A stretch of 64,000 nt of DNA, from assembly GCA_040285825.1 (NCBI GenBank), contig JAUPSS010000007.1:520501-584500 (forward strand). Reading direction: 5' to 3'. The notes under the pieces are model-generated. The model saw nothing but the letters and a program-made list of their open reading frames with translations, was not told the origin of the DNA and did not search any database. Shown here in pieces: positions 21,889 to 35,500 of this stretch (its first letter is position 1; every line of letters begins with the position of its first letter). The position numbers and the translations under genes are program-made. The DNA is from Eukaryota sp. TZLM1-RC. Taxonomy: Eukaryota > Protista > Metamonada: BaSk clade.

Positions 21889-23977
21889 TGTTTCGGAAAG
21901 TATGACGTAACGTAGCACGTCATCATTAGTTTAAATTCGTTTTTGTTTTTATTTAGTTTGATTTTCTATCTCCGCTCCATAAACATCCGTTTTATTTTAG
22001 TTAATGGAAAATCAACGTGCACTGAAGCCAACAGTAATTACTGTTGACTCAAGAGAATCCACTCCTGCCCCTGCCTCAGCTCGCATCTTCCCTCCTGGAG
22101 TAATTTCTTCATCTTCTTCCAGTTCTGATAACGATTCATATAGTATTACTCTTAACCCTTTTTCCTCAATAAACCAATGTAATTACTCGACATCCCCATC
22201 TTCATCCAGAAGCCCCACAGCCTCCTCAACATTTTCTGACGCTCAAGAATTTCAAGAACTCTTTGATAACTTGGATTCAATAGCCCCTCCCGTTCCAGAA
22301 GCCAATCACGCTCTTATCTCTCATTCCCCCTCGTCCTTTTCTGATTCATCCTCTGATAATATGTCCGATTCAAACGAGTTAGTCTCAAAAGTTTCTTCAA
22401 GCTCAACTCATGTGGTACCGCTAGGAAAGGCTCCCTCCTGTAAAATAGACTCTTTGTCGTTGGAAGCTAGTTCTGACCTTGACACTGAGTCTGGGCTGGT
22501 TGACGCCGACTGTGCTTACGCTGACGGTGGAGTAAGGCATGATGCCTCTGAATTAACCAAGAAACGCTCCAAGAATAAGACTCAAGAATCTAAGGAGTTG
22601 ATCAAAAAGAACGATCCCTCCGCTGAGCCCATGATCTCACTATTCAAAAAGGAACTCAATAAGCCCGTAGACAAGAAGCTCCTGCATTTGATGATTCATG
22701 TTGATTCCGATACTGTTCTTCATGGTATGGTTGATACTGGTGCTACCATCTCATGCATCTCTAATGACCTGATCCAGAAGACCAAGCTTTCCCCCACGAA
22801 CGACTCTTTCGAAGTAGAACTTGCAGACCGAAATAAGCTCGTCTGCCCCCTTGCCACTGGAAAACTAGCTTTCTCTCTCGGTGGAGCTGCCAAACTCACC
22901 TTTGTCGACGTAACCCTCGCAGTACTCCTCCTTCAGAACTAATGCATTATTGGCTGCGATTTCCTCGAAAAGCTAGGTATACTAACCAAAGATTATCTCT
23001 TCCTAAACCTCTCTGACAAGAACTACCAGCTAATGGAAGACGAATCCATCCCCGATCAATTCATACCTCCGTCAGATCGAGTCTCCGCCCTCCCCGCTCT
23101 CCTTGATCTGGATAAGACCTCATTTTTGCTCAACGACTCCACTCTGGAAAACTCAATTAAAGACTTACTATTCAAGTATCCTGAAGTTTTCTCACAGCTT
23201 CCTACTCCGAAAGGTACAGATTGTCCGCCTATGCGTATCCCATTTCACGACGAAACCAAGATAGTCTCCAAGAAGTTCCGAGATCTACCCCCAGACAAGC
23301 TCAAGGTCGCTAACGAAGAAATGGACGTCCTTGTTAACAATGGTTTCGCTGTTCCTTATGATCGACCATGGAGCTCCTTCATCTGTCTTGTCCAACGCCC
23401 TGGAAAACCTCCCCGCCTTACTGGAGATTACTCTGGCACTGGAGGCATTAACGACCTAACTGTTCCCGTTCCCGCCGATCTACCCAAGATCTCTGATGTC
23501 TGTGAATTCCTTTCCGAAAGCAAGTACATCGCTACCCTAGATTTGCCGAAAGCCTTCTGGTAGTTGATTCTGCATACTGATGATCAAGAAAAGTCTGCTA
23601 TAGCGATTCCCGGAAGAAAAATCACGTACACCCGTACTGCCTTTGGACTAAAGAATGTCCCCGCTGTCTTCCAGAATCTTATGAAAAACATATTGGACTC
23701 TGAAGGAGTCTTCATCTATATGCATGATATCATCGTAGTTGCCTCAACTGAAGAAGTTTTCCTACAAAGAATAGACTACATCCTGTGCCGTGCTCGCCAA
23801 TATCGTGTGAGAATCGGTCTCCACAAGTGCACTTTCCAGACCGACCGATATCCTATCAAGGTACTCGGAACCATTTTTGAAGATGGAAAGCGCCGTATTG
23901 ATCCAACCAAGATCGAAACTGTTCGTAAACTAGCTCCCTCAACCTCCATGCCTGAACTCCGATGCTTCATAGGCTGA
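21889..23977 (+). mobile_element. Truncated Ty3/gypsy LTR retrotransposon (putative 97-bp 5' LTR, gag remnant, protease, RT)
   Basis: Aspartic protease MVDTGATISCI. RT motifs LDLPKAFW, AFGLKNVPAVFQ and IYMHD (decayed YxDD), then ELRCFIG. No RNase H or integrase. Segment 21889-21985 is bounded by TGTTT...AAACA. Confidence 0.9.
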
Positions 23978-26409
23978 AATGAAACATGAAATCATCATGT
24001 CTAGATGTCTCAATGAAGGAAAATGACGGTAGCTTGGTTCTGAGTAAACTGTGGCCACGGATAATATTGGAAAAGAAACTGTAATGGATGAAGCGGAAGA
24101 TCACCAAGACAAGAAATCTTCACACAGTGAAGTTCATAAAGCAGCATTGTCTATAAAAAAGACATGTGGTACGCTTGACAGATATAACCCAAACCTGGAG
24201 TTGGAAATGGATGAGACTTTGACATCGTGTTGACCATAATCTAATTACACTTATGCTGAAAGGATGAAAAACAATCTGTATTACAGGTTCACAAGGTAAA
24301 AGAGACAGCATTGTAATTTCAATAGTAACCAAATCTGGGTTGCTTTAACCATTGTAAGAAAGGTTATCAATTGGTCAGTCATACAACAAAGTCTTACAGA
24401 AAAGCTGGCACTGGAACAACAAAAAATAGAATAATAAAAATAAATTAAACTAAATAAAAATAAACCAACTGTTGTTTCCAAAATGGAATATACATTACTG
24501 GACTCTTCCTTCGAATACACCCTTTTTCTGCTGTAACCTTCCACTTTATAGCTTAAGATCATCAGAGTGGACAAATCGCCATTTCCTCAATGTTCACAAC
24601 TTCGAGATGTGGAACAAATAGTTCGCTTTATTGAACAAGTAAGGAGTTTTAAATTTCAGCAATCATTGTTATAGAAGATAATAGAGCCAACTTTGCCCAA
24701 GATTGTTATTGTTTTTGTTCTATGGAAAAAAATAAAAATCTATTCCAGACGACTTATTGCTGATACCCAAAATTGTAATCGTAGAAAAACATGACATTTT
24801 TCTACAACACAATTGAGCTGTCCGAAATTTTACTGTATTAATACATTCATCTTCCAAATTTGATCAAAATCACATCAAATTCTGTAAAAATAATCAAATT
24901 CGTGAACCGAAAAAAATCCAGTAAATCTCAAATCATGATAAGCAACACTCAACAAACTTTTTTCATGAAAGCAATATTGACACTTCTAGTTGGAGTTACA
25001 ATCTCCATGAAAGATCCAAAGACATGTAGACTATACAGACACACGTATTCAGATCTTTCTTGACCGTAATCAACCTCAAACAGTTAAAAACTGAACAATT
25101 GATGATGACTCAGTCGTTTATGTATTTATAATTAAAGACTCTAAATAAAGAGAATTACTCTCAATATTTGGTTGAGACTCTTGGTTGAAATTATCAGATT
25201 GAATAAAAAATCAAAAACAAAAAAAGCAGTATTTTAATCGTGAGAAGTGGAAAACAGTTGAATTGAAAACCCCTCCCCTCCCCTTAATGGACAAAATGAA
25301 ATCAGGAAATAGCCGAAAATTCGTTTTGAGGGTCAAGAAAGCCTAAACCAAAAATGAAATGTTTATAGAAAATAGTTTTGATAACAGTTGACCATATCTC
25401 ATTTGATAATTGTGAGAAAAACATCAAAACATGACAGCTAAAGACCTACTATAAGTGATGGAGGTTCACGAAATCAAAAAAAGAAAATGAAAAATCAAAC
25501 AAGCGCCAAGAGCATAGTAAATGAAATTGATTTGATGAAGAACGAGTTTGAAAAAAGATCTGGAAGGAAAAACATGCAACCATCTATAAAAAAGCAAAAA
25601 AGCAAATGCAGAATTAAAGAAATGAATAGATTATAAAAATGAATTGATTAATAAAAAAACATCCAAGCACTAAAAATAAATTGAATGAATGGAGTTTTCA
25701 GAATCTCAACATTGTCGGTAGAAATTGATTCAAAAAAACAAGATTCTCCGGCTTTGACCAATTTTTTTTAGTTTTTTTGAATAAATGTGATGAACAACAG
25801 ATCAAAAAATATCAAATGAAGACAAACACTGTTGACGTGTCAATAACGTAGCAAATAACATCATTTAGGATGAGGTGAATTTGAATGAGATCTTATCACC
25901 GCTGCTATGACATATTGTTGATCTTGAGAAAGATGGATTAGAAAGGTCGTCAGAAATGTATTTAGATGTGACTTCTTTACTATGATGGCAGATTGGAATC
26001 CGTTAAAGAAGGAAGGAAAGAGTTATGGTATCGATGGCTAATCAACAGTTGTTGAACTGTAAGAAAACGAGACGGAATGCAGACATTGGAGAAAAAGGCT
26101 GGAAATAAGGATGATATTGGTGACAGCACAGCGATGATTGCTGACTGATAGCTGTCTTGAGAGAGGATCCCCATAAAGATGAAAGACATCGGCTATTAGC
26201 ACAAAAATGTCAAATAGTAGTAACCAGTTGAGATTACTGATATGTGTAGATGAAATGAATAATGATTATCTTTTCAAAAACCGAAGTCCTTCTTTTCCTT
26301 TGATTTACTCATCCACAACATGAAACAGCTTAAGAACAGCATTGACATTATTATTCCATAGACATCCACACTTTTTGCAAGTGAGTTATCCATATCTATG
26401 GATAAACCA

Positions 26410-27770
26410 ATAACTACAGAATTATCAATCCTATCACAGTATACATCACCTCTATCATCAGAACCAAAATTATTTAGAGAAAGTGTTTCCTTCAGCAGGG
26501 GCTTTCTGATACACGAAATTCTTGCAGTTTGTGCCATATTGAAAACAGTGTCTCTAACAGCATCATGTAATGAAAAACGATAAGTTATCAATTTGGAACA
26601 ATTCAGAGCATGGCGCAAAGTGAGTTGAGGTGAATTCGAACAAATACATTTTTCTTTTGATAATAATTGATTAATGGGATTATTCAAATATAATCTCATT
26701 TTTGTTACAAATGCTTCATTAGTGGCACACAATCCAAATCTTCGTGGTACAATGGCTACAAAAAGTGAAGAATCTGATGACTAGTTTTCACAAACACCCT
26801 TTTCCAATAACAATGAGTGAAGATCTTGATTTAAAACAGCCGAGCTGCATATATTATTATAAAGATCTTCTTCATACATTCCAGTCAATCGTTTCTGTAA
26901 TGTTCGAAGAGTGGCCTTCAAATTTAAAACATTTTTTTGGGAATATTGCCATTGAATGATTGGGCAAAACATCGACCCCATTTTCTACATCAATTTTTGA
27001 AATTTCCTCATTTAATGCAAAAGCATTGGAACTTTGCGTTGTCATCAATAAATCTTCCCAATCTGCAAATCTTTTGGAAAAAAGATTGCGTTTCTGCATC
27101 CACCAACAAAAGCACACGAGGTAGGAATAGAAGCCTTCGTTCGCCCTAAACCGCCATAATGTGGACTAAGGTAAGCATGGTCTGGAATTTGGAACATTTA
27201 CAGCCCAGTCATTGAGACAGAACTTTTGCACGTAATTCATTAAACTTCTGAGCCAAAGGGCTAGTGACAAGAAGATTTGTATATCGAAATATATAATTGA
27301 AGTTCGAACTAAAACACAGTCTTATAATGGTAAATTTGATGTGTTTTTGTATATCTAAATTCATCATTCGGTCATTTTTGTCGGAAATTGACTTCAACTT
27401 TTCAAACAATTTTTTGGTAATTTCATCATTATTTCCTAAAAACGAACCCAAATGACGAATGGCATCAATTGAATATAATTTGGCTTGAATTTCAATATCA
27501 TCAATTATTGTGGAAACTGGAGCATTCGATAACAAAACACATTTAAGTAAATTAAGTCGGAGACCAATTTTGGTAAATAATTCTTTAAAACATACAGTTG
27601 CTTTTTTCACAATATTTAAATCACCAATAAGCACAACATCATCCAGATATGCAATCATTTTTAGTGAAGGAAACATCTCTTGAATTTGCAGTAGAATAGG
27701 ATGAATGGCCAAACAAAACAAAAGAGGTCCTAACGGATCTCCTTGCTTTACATCACTTGATGTTCTCAGA
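26410..27770 (-). mobile_element. Internal fragment of RLE non-LTR family A (RT to RLE)
   Basis: KQGDPLGP and YLDD. ORFs 26744-26959 and 26781-26981 translate identically to 3252-3467 and 3230-3430. Confidence 0.92.
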
Positions 27771-27824
27771 ATGGAATTTGAATTGATTAAATTATTTATT
27801 GTAAAATTTTTTTATAATATTTAA

Positions 27825-28545
27825 TTTATTGAATTTGCACACTTGATTAAATTAAATCATAACTAATGGGACGACTATCATTAAACCAAGATTTCCTCTA
27901 CAAAATCTTGATTTGCTTGCTGTCCAGCTAAAGCTTCTCTAATTCGATTGAAAAACCGCGGTAATCTATTAATAATGGCAAATTGAATCCGTGAACGCCA
28001 TAAAAAAATATCAAATCTTTTCATTGTTTTTTCTTTCACCATTTTTTGGAAGTCATCCAAAAAAGTTTCTGCTTCAACTGATAATCTTCCATTTATCGAA
28101 AATGGGAAAGCAATAAAAATCAGCTGTGTATTTCTATCGATATTTGCATCTTCAATTTCTTTATCATATTTTCTATGTTTTTCTTTTGCTTTAAAATCCA
28201 GAGCAGCCACAGGATTAAGTTTTCTTCTGTGAACCAAAGTATCGTTTGCAACATTACATGAGACAAAGTCAACAATAGCTTCAGAATTATCAATCCAATC
28301 ACAGTATACATCACCTCTATCATCAGAACCAAAATTATTCAGAGAAAGTGTTTCTTTCAGCAGGGGCTCTTTGATACAAGATATCCTTGCAGTTTGTGCC
28401 ATATTGAAAACAGTGTCTCTAACAGCATCATGTAATGAAGAACGATAAGTTATCAATTTAGAGCAATTTAGAGCATGGCGCAAAGTGAGTTGAGGTGAAT
28501 TCGAACAAATACATTTTTCTTTTGATAATAATTGGTTAATGGGGA
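27825..28545 (-). mobile_element. 5'-truncated RLE non-LTR family A (endonuclease and 3' UTR)
   Basis: 200-aa ORF nearly identical to 3479-4198, with the same 3' UTR. Confidence 0.92.
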
Positions 28546-29019
28546 TGTAAAATTATAATTATAATTCTGAATTATTTTTATAGCATCAAATGTACCAATA
28601 TCATTTTTAAGTAATACAATCACTTTTTATAACAATTTTACCAAATAATTTTTTTGAATCATGATATAAAGAAGAATGAGCATGTATTGTTTTAATTTTT
28701 AAATTTTGTTTATTTTTAAATAAGAAGTTGAATATGTGTTTATCATTCAATACCAATAAATCAACTTCATTTGATGAGATGAATTTTTGTGAATTTCTTT
28801 CAAAAATTTTCATATTTTTTTAATAATATTATGAATGGATGTCCAAATGATTTCATATTGATTTTTCTCAATTTCCTGAAATTAAAAAGATTATCTAGAT
28901 TAACTTCATTGTCAACATGTCATTTGAAGTTTTTTTAAAGTTGGTAGATGAAAACAATCATTTTATTCAATTGTTTCTAATATTTCCAAAGTTTTCATTT
29001 TACTGATGATTTCACAGTA

Positions 29020-29206
29020 TCCATGGTGCTTTATTGCAAAAGATGCCGGAATTAATGCCGTATTTTCAATCAACATATAGCACTTGTTCTAATTTACATT
29101 TTTGTGATAGCATTTTGAGTTCATCAAGTGGTGTAAAGCAAGGAGATCCGTTAGAACCTCTTTTGTTTTGTTTGGCCATTCATCCTATTTTATTGCAAAT
29201 TCAAGA
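29020..29206 (+). mobile_element. Small RT fragment of family A
   Basis: Matches 2343-2530 at the nucleotide level (ccatggtgct...gcaaggagatccgttag...attcaagag). Confidence 0.85.
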
Positions 29207-29269
29207 TTGATCCACAACTGTAATCCATACTGTAATTCAATACTGTATCCATCAGTAGTGTCTTCAACG

Positions 29270-29936
29270 CTTGTACAGGTCAATAGATGTTTCAGGATTT
29301 TTTTGAGCTTCTTTGGAGAAATTTGGTGAATTACTGGGAAAGTATCCAATACTTCAAGAGCAGTACATCTGAGTTTGTAAGGCAACAAAAGGGACTCGAG
29401 GCCATCAGGGTCTTGGGCTCTTGCAAAACGTAACGGTTCGGGTTTCTTTTTATCAGAAACATCGGAGTCATCAGAGTACAAGAGAGGGACTTCATTTTTT
29501 CCTTCTTTCTGGACTTCTCAGCTGTCTTCATTTAAAGCATCGTCAAGATTGAAATACGTTTTTTCGGAGTTGACTCCTTCTTCAGCTTCTTCAGCTGGTG
29601 CATGGGCGGGATTTCGGGAACTTCTTCTAGAGTTCTGAGAATTAGTAGAAGCGGCTTCAGTTCTTTAAGGATATACGAACGGAAGAGTCTCAAAACTCGT
29701 CAACGGAGCTTCCAGAGGAGCGGTCAGCATTTCAGAGAATTGGAACAACTCTGCCAGAATTACTCATTGGGGTCTCAGTAATTACTGTGAACGTTCGCAT
29801 GCATTATAATCTTTGTATAAACGGAAACCTAGGTAACAGGATGTTTATCACAAGGAATGGGAATAATCAATGCAAAATTATGTTTCTGTCAAGATACATA
29901 ATTTTGCATTTTGATGACATGTCATCACGTGATACA
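29270..29936 (-). mobile_element. Possible LTR (~150 bp) plus gag-like 5' remnant
   Basis: Minus-strand segment 29936-29786 begins TGT and ends ACA. An ATG follows 18 nt later, then a decayed acidic/Ser-rich frame leading into ORF 29185-29481. The layout matches the element at 21889. Confidence 0.35.
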
Positions 29937-30349
29937 GTAATGACTCTTATAACTATAAACTACATTGGCTACAACCTACACAAGCAGTTTTTAACAAATC
30001 AAAGAAAATACTTGAAGGAACAACAGCTTCTTCTTTTGGTAAATATTCAATAATATTTGATATTTCTATGCAAAGTTAAAACTCCATATCTTTATGATCC
30101 AAATCAGTCAAAAGGAATTGACTGGAGGTTAGTCTTTCATAAAAGCGACCGAGAGATAATAGAGCTGAAGATCATAAGGGAACAACACTTTTGAAAACTG
30201 AAAATAATATTATGTTGTGCCAAAAACTCTTGTCAAAAACTTTTCCAGTACGTTGTTTCACAATTTCAAACAAAAACATCCCGAAAAGATAAAGCAAGAG
30301 GTACAACCTCCATGAAGGGAAATTGCACATGGACAGTGGACATAATGTA

Positions 30350-31225
30350 TTTATTGAATTTGCACACTTAATTAAACTAACTCAATACTAATGGGACGAC
30401 TATCATTGAACCAAGATTTCCTCTACAAAATCTTGATCTGCTTGCTGTCTAGCTAAAGCTTCTCTGATTCGATTGAAAAACCGTGGTAATCTATTAATAA
30501 TGGCAAATTGAATCCGTGAACGCCATAAAAAATATCAAATTTTTTCATTGTCTTTTCTTGCACCATTTTTTTGGAAGTCATTCAAAAAAGTTCCTGCTTC
30601 AACTGATAATCTTCCATTGATCGAAAATGGGAAAGCAATAAAAACCAGCTGTGTATTTCTATCGACATTAGCCTCTTCAATATCTTTATCATATTTTCTA
30701 TGTTTCTCTTTTGCTTTAAAATCCAGAGCAGCCACAGGATTAAGTTTTCTTCTGTGAACCAAAGTATCATTTGCAACATTACATGAGACAAAGTCAACAA
30801 TAGCTTCAGCATTATCAATCCAATCACAGTATACATCACCTCCATCATCAGAACCAAAATTATTTAGAGAAAGTGTTTCCTTCAGCAGTGGCTCTCTGAT
30901 ACACGATATCCTTGCAGTTTGTGCCATATTAAAAACAGTGTCTCTAACAGCATCATGTAATGAAGAACGATAAGTTATCAATTTAGAGCAATTAAGAGCA
31001 TGGCGCAAAGTGAGTTGAGGCGAATTCGAACAAATACATTTTTCTTTTGATAATAATTGATTAATGTGGTGTTTCCACAAACAACCTTTTCCAATAACAA
31101 TGAGTGAATATCTTGATTTAAAACAGCGGAGCTGCATATATTATTATAAAGATCTTTTTCATACATTCCAGTCAATCGTTTCTGTAATGTTCGCAGAGTG
31201 TACTTCAAATTTACAACATTTTTTT
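30350..31225 (-). mobile_element. 5'-truncated RLE non-LTR family A with an internal deletion
   Basis: Same RLE translation and 3' UTR as the other family A copies. Confidence 0.9.
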
Positions 31226-31379
31226 CTGGACATAATGAGTGAAATTTCAAATATAACAATTTTGCTTAATAATGGTCTTTTCTGGTTCATAAGGAAACAG
31301 ATAAAGGTTCTCTATAGTGTCATTGCTCCATTGCTGTAGACAAATAATTACACACATCAATGTATCTCACATCCGTTAT

Positions 31380-32020
31380 AGTACCCTCAAGAACTTCAAG
31401 CATCAGATCATCCATATTTCGAATCAATAGAATTCAAAGTATCGTCAGCAATCAAACGGGAGAGTAATGGTTCTATATAGGAAACAATTCTTTGTTATTT
31501 TGACATACAATGAAGTTGATCTCTTTCTGCATCATGAACTTTTGAGTGGAAAGTAATAAAATGTTTACAATTGAATAAATGTTGTGGAAAAATCTTTGAT
31601 CAACATATACAAATCAAATTGTTGTGCAAGTACTCGTTACAAATTTTCTCTGGTCTTCCCATGGATAAAAACAATTTCATTTAAATATTTTTTATAAAAT
31701 GTACTCATATGATAGGTTGTTTGTATAGATAAATAAAAAAATAAATCAACATCTGAATAATCCATCTCTCCCAAAACAAAAACACTAGATGCAACTTTCT
31801 CATAGTGAGATCCAAGAGAGAGCAAAGCATCAGAAACCATCTTTAACATCCCTTTAACAATAGAAAACGCAATTCTATTTTGTCAAAACAATCTGTTGAA
31901 GTCTCTGGTAGTTCTTTTCTTAACAATCATTTCAAAATCTTCCAAAAACATAAAGCCGTTGGAGCAAGTGAACTTAGAAGTGAAAAAAAGAGAAAATAGA
32001 AATGCATACAAATTGTATTT
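31380..32020 (-). mobile_element. Two fragments of RLE non-LTR family B
   Basis: HLFNCKHFITFHSKVHDAERDQL...YIEPLLS (31380-31640) and MVSDALLSLGSHYE (31720-32020). Confidence 0.75.
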
Positions 32021-32558
32021 TATGATATATTGTGTTTTTCATATCAATATTAATGGAAAAGTTCAAAATATGGTCATATTTTGTTATTGTAAATTAACAA
32101 AACAACGATGATTTTTATAAAGCATTAATTCAAATTAAAGCCGGAGTGCAAAATACAACAAAAACAAAAACAAGTAGGCAGTGTAAAGATTTTTCCTTTC
32201 AAAAATGAGGAAATTCGAGAAATTTTGTGAGTATAAATTTTATGCACAAGAAAAGATTGTGGAAAAAATAATCATATTAATGAGTATTCATTCACAATGT
32301 TTGTAAATTTTTCCCTCCTGTTGCTGCTGATTATTCATTGATCGGTTATGATTCAAGTGAACCAAACAGTCAGTTATTAACAAACGACAGACACATAGAA
32401 ATATCAAGCAATCAAACAACCAAATGGTTATCCACCAGTAGATTACTACCGATTAAAAGCCCAAAAAAACGACCAAGTGTCACATCAATTGAAACGGTAC
32501 CAAAATTTCTTGAATAAAAAACAAATTTGTGTTGGAAAAAATGATTGAAACGTGATTA

Positions 32559-35500
32559 TTATAGAATAATTGAGAGAGAAGGACGGTTAAATGCTATTTG
32601 TTGAAGTTTGGATTTGGTTGAATTGCTGATGTTGTGAACACCAAGACACAAATGAGTCAGGGTGGAATTTCTCTCCAGAGCACGGGCGAAATCACTAGCT
32701 GCTTCATCAGAAATATTGTTGAACCAAAGAACCAATTCAGTTAGTGTGAAATTCCTCTCCACAGCATGAGCGAGAGCACTGGCGCCTTCATAACCTATGT
32801 TGTTGTCACTAAGATTCAATTGAGTCAGAGTAGAATTGCTCTCCAATGCACGAGCCAGAGAACTAGCGCCTTCATCGGCAATGTTGTTGTCACTAAGATT
32901 CAATTGAGTCAATGTGTAATTGCTCTCCAATGCACGAGCCAGAGAACTAGCGCCTTCATCGGCAATGTTGTTGTCACTAAGATTCAATTGAGTCAATGTG
33001 TAATTGCTCTCCAAAGCACGAGCGAGAGAACTAGCGCCTTCATCGGCAATGTTGTTGTCACTAAGATTCATTTGAGTCAATGTGTAATTGCTCTCCAATG
33101 CACGAGCCAGAGAACTAGCGCCTTCATCGGCAATGTTGTTGTCACTAAGATTCAATTGAGTCAATGTGGAATTGCTCTCCAAAGCACGAGCGAGAGCAAA
33201 ATGGCGATAATAGGGATATTGAAAACACCAAGGAAAACAAGATAATTCAACTAAATATTCATTTTTGATTAGTTGAGTTGATTTAATCAGACCTTGATTA
33301 TAAAGTTTTGATGGAGATAAAGATGAATTCGACAGATTGTGCTCAGGTCCAAGCAATTGAATAAACTTCAAAGAGGGAAAATTGTGTTCAGTGATATTGG
33401 TATGAATTGCTTCATGAATTATCAATTCTTTAATGCTGCGTGAATTAACTTTAATATTGATGGGTTCTTCCAACCAAACTTCCAATCTAGCAATGGAAAG
33501 AGGCAATGGAATTTGTGCTTCTAATATTCTTGGTGAAATAAAAGAACCACCAAATGCAAAACCATCAAATACAAAACCATCGAATAACACCAGCTCTTTC
33601 AATGATGTAAGATAGCTTAAATCAGTAACCTCAATGCGATCTTTAAGCACCAACTTCACTAGTGAAGGGGGTAATTGTTCTACATTAATTGAACAATTAA
33701 GCTCCAGACATTTAAGATTTGATAAATGTGTCAGGTTTAAGGATGACCTATGAAATCCATTATATCTTGATCCTGCATCAAGCTTAATAACCTCAACATT
33801 TGGGAAAAATGACAACAATTGTGGATCATAATCACCTTTTTCATAGTAAACATCAAGTTTTTTAATTCTAGTATTACTAACACTGGGACCATTGAAAGGA
33901 AGAGATGATTGCAATTGTAAATCCCAGATATAATCATTGAGATTTAAATGCTGTGGATTTATCAATAATTCAAAACCATTGATCACTTCTTTAGCAAACT
34001 TAACCACTTTCTTGCTGATTGGACATTTGGTATAATATCGGAATTTTATATAAGGATGGTTACCAAACATGTTTTTCAAATATTGCAAATATTCAAAGTA
34101 AATTAAAATGATGAGACCACTAAACATGCTATCTAAAGGTTCTTTTGGATGATGAAAAGTCCCAAGTATTTCAGATCCAAATACTTTGACAGGTTGAGGT
34201 CGATCAATCAAATCACCTGTACCTAATTGACCTTTATCGTTCCTTCCCCAGGCCCAAACAGTGTTTTTGTTGTAGGCAAAAAGGAAGTCATGTCCTAAGG
34301 AAACATATTTTACATTGGTTAAAGCTTCGATGCATATTGGTGCTTCACTATCTACAGAAATATTTTTAAATCTACTCAACCTACCCCAAATAAAAACTTT
34401 ACCATCAGTATCAGTGGCAGCATAAATATCATCATAACTATTAATAGAAACAATATTACTCAACCCTGACACTTTAGTGGGTTTGTTAATGAAAGGAACA
34501 TCATCACCCTTGTCAAACCTCCAAACATCACCATTAAAGTCAATGACGAGCAAAGAATTAAAATCAAACAAAAAAGAACTCAATGATGGTTTGGTTGGCA
34601 AAATGTACTTGCCAACTGGAATCTCAACAAATGAAATAGTCTGAGTACAATCAGAACCATCATTTGGAAGAAAGAAGAAGTGGGCATCTGAGTCAACTGC
34701 TACGATTGAGTCCAGAGAAGCAGAAAAAAAACCAATGCTATGCAGGTTAATCCCTTGTATTGGCTTAAAAGTACCATTACCAAATTGAATCAATTTTCCT
34801 TCTACAGTCAATCCAAATGATTGTGAACTATTTGTGCTACTATAAATTTCCTTGAAAAAATAAGGGCTATTGATAAGAGTAATTCCTGATGGTATATTTA
34901 CTTCATGTTTACTCCAACCATACAACAAGCCATCAGAAGAAACGGCAAAGCAATGTTTTAAGCCAGCTGAAATAGAAATTATGTTGCTGATTGGAAATTT
35001 GACTGGTGGTTCGATTATTTCATGTCCATAAGGAAGAACTTGACCATAATCACAGCTCCCCCAAGCATAAACTTCACCAGAATAGGTGAGAAGTAGTGAG
35101 TCAAATCCACTACAGGAAATGGACTTAACCCCAACGATTCTATCCGATCGATCGGGGTAGCGTGGTAATTCTTGGTCACTTGCACAGGGGTCACCTAATG
35201 TAGGATTCCAGGAGGCACGTTGTAAAGGACATCGGTTATGTCCATGCGAGTCTGGCTGTGGACCGGGAGAGCGAGGAGGCGGGGTAGAGTCCGGAGAATA
35301 ACATGGCAAGTCTGACAGTGGACAGTGATCAAATGAGCAATCAGAGGGAGATTGTGATTCGTTATCAGCAGTGGAGGAAAGTCCTGTGGTATTTGGGGAG
35401 GAGTCATCAGACACATGAAAAAAAGATGGTGCAAAGCCATTTGGGCGTCCCCCAGGTTGAAATACAACTGGAGCATCGAGATTGTGATTGAGAGGCGTGT

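Noticed and set aside
23980-26400. Possible transposase and membrane-protein remnants (e.g. LEMDETLTSC)
   Set aside because: Too degraded. Isolated short resemblances do not support a call.
32770-33197. Regular repeats as a CRISPR array (also 58745-58815 and 52850-53010)
   Set aside because: The 84-bp and 16-bp units are contiguous without unique spacers, the 52850 repeats are in-frame coding repeats, there are no cas genes, and the context is eukaryotic.
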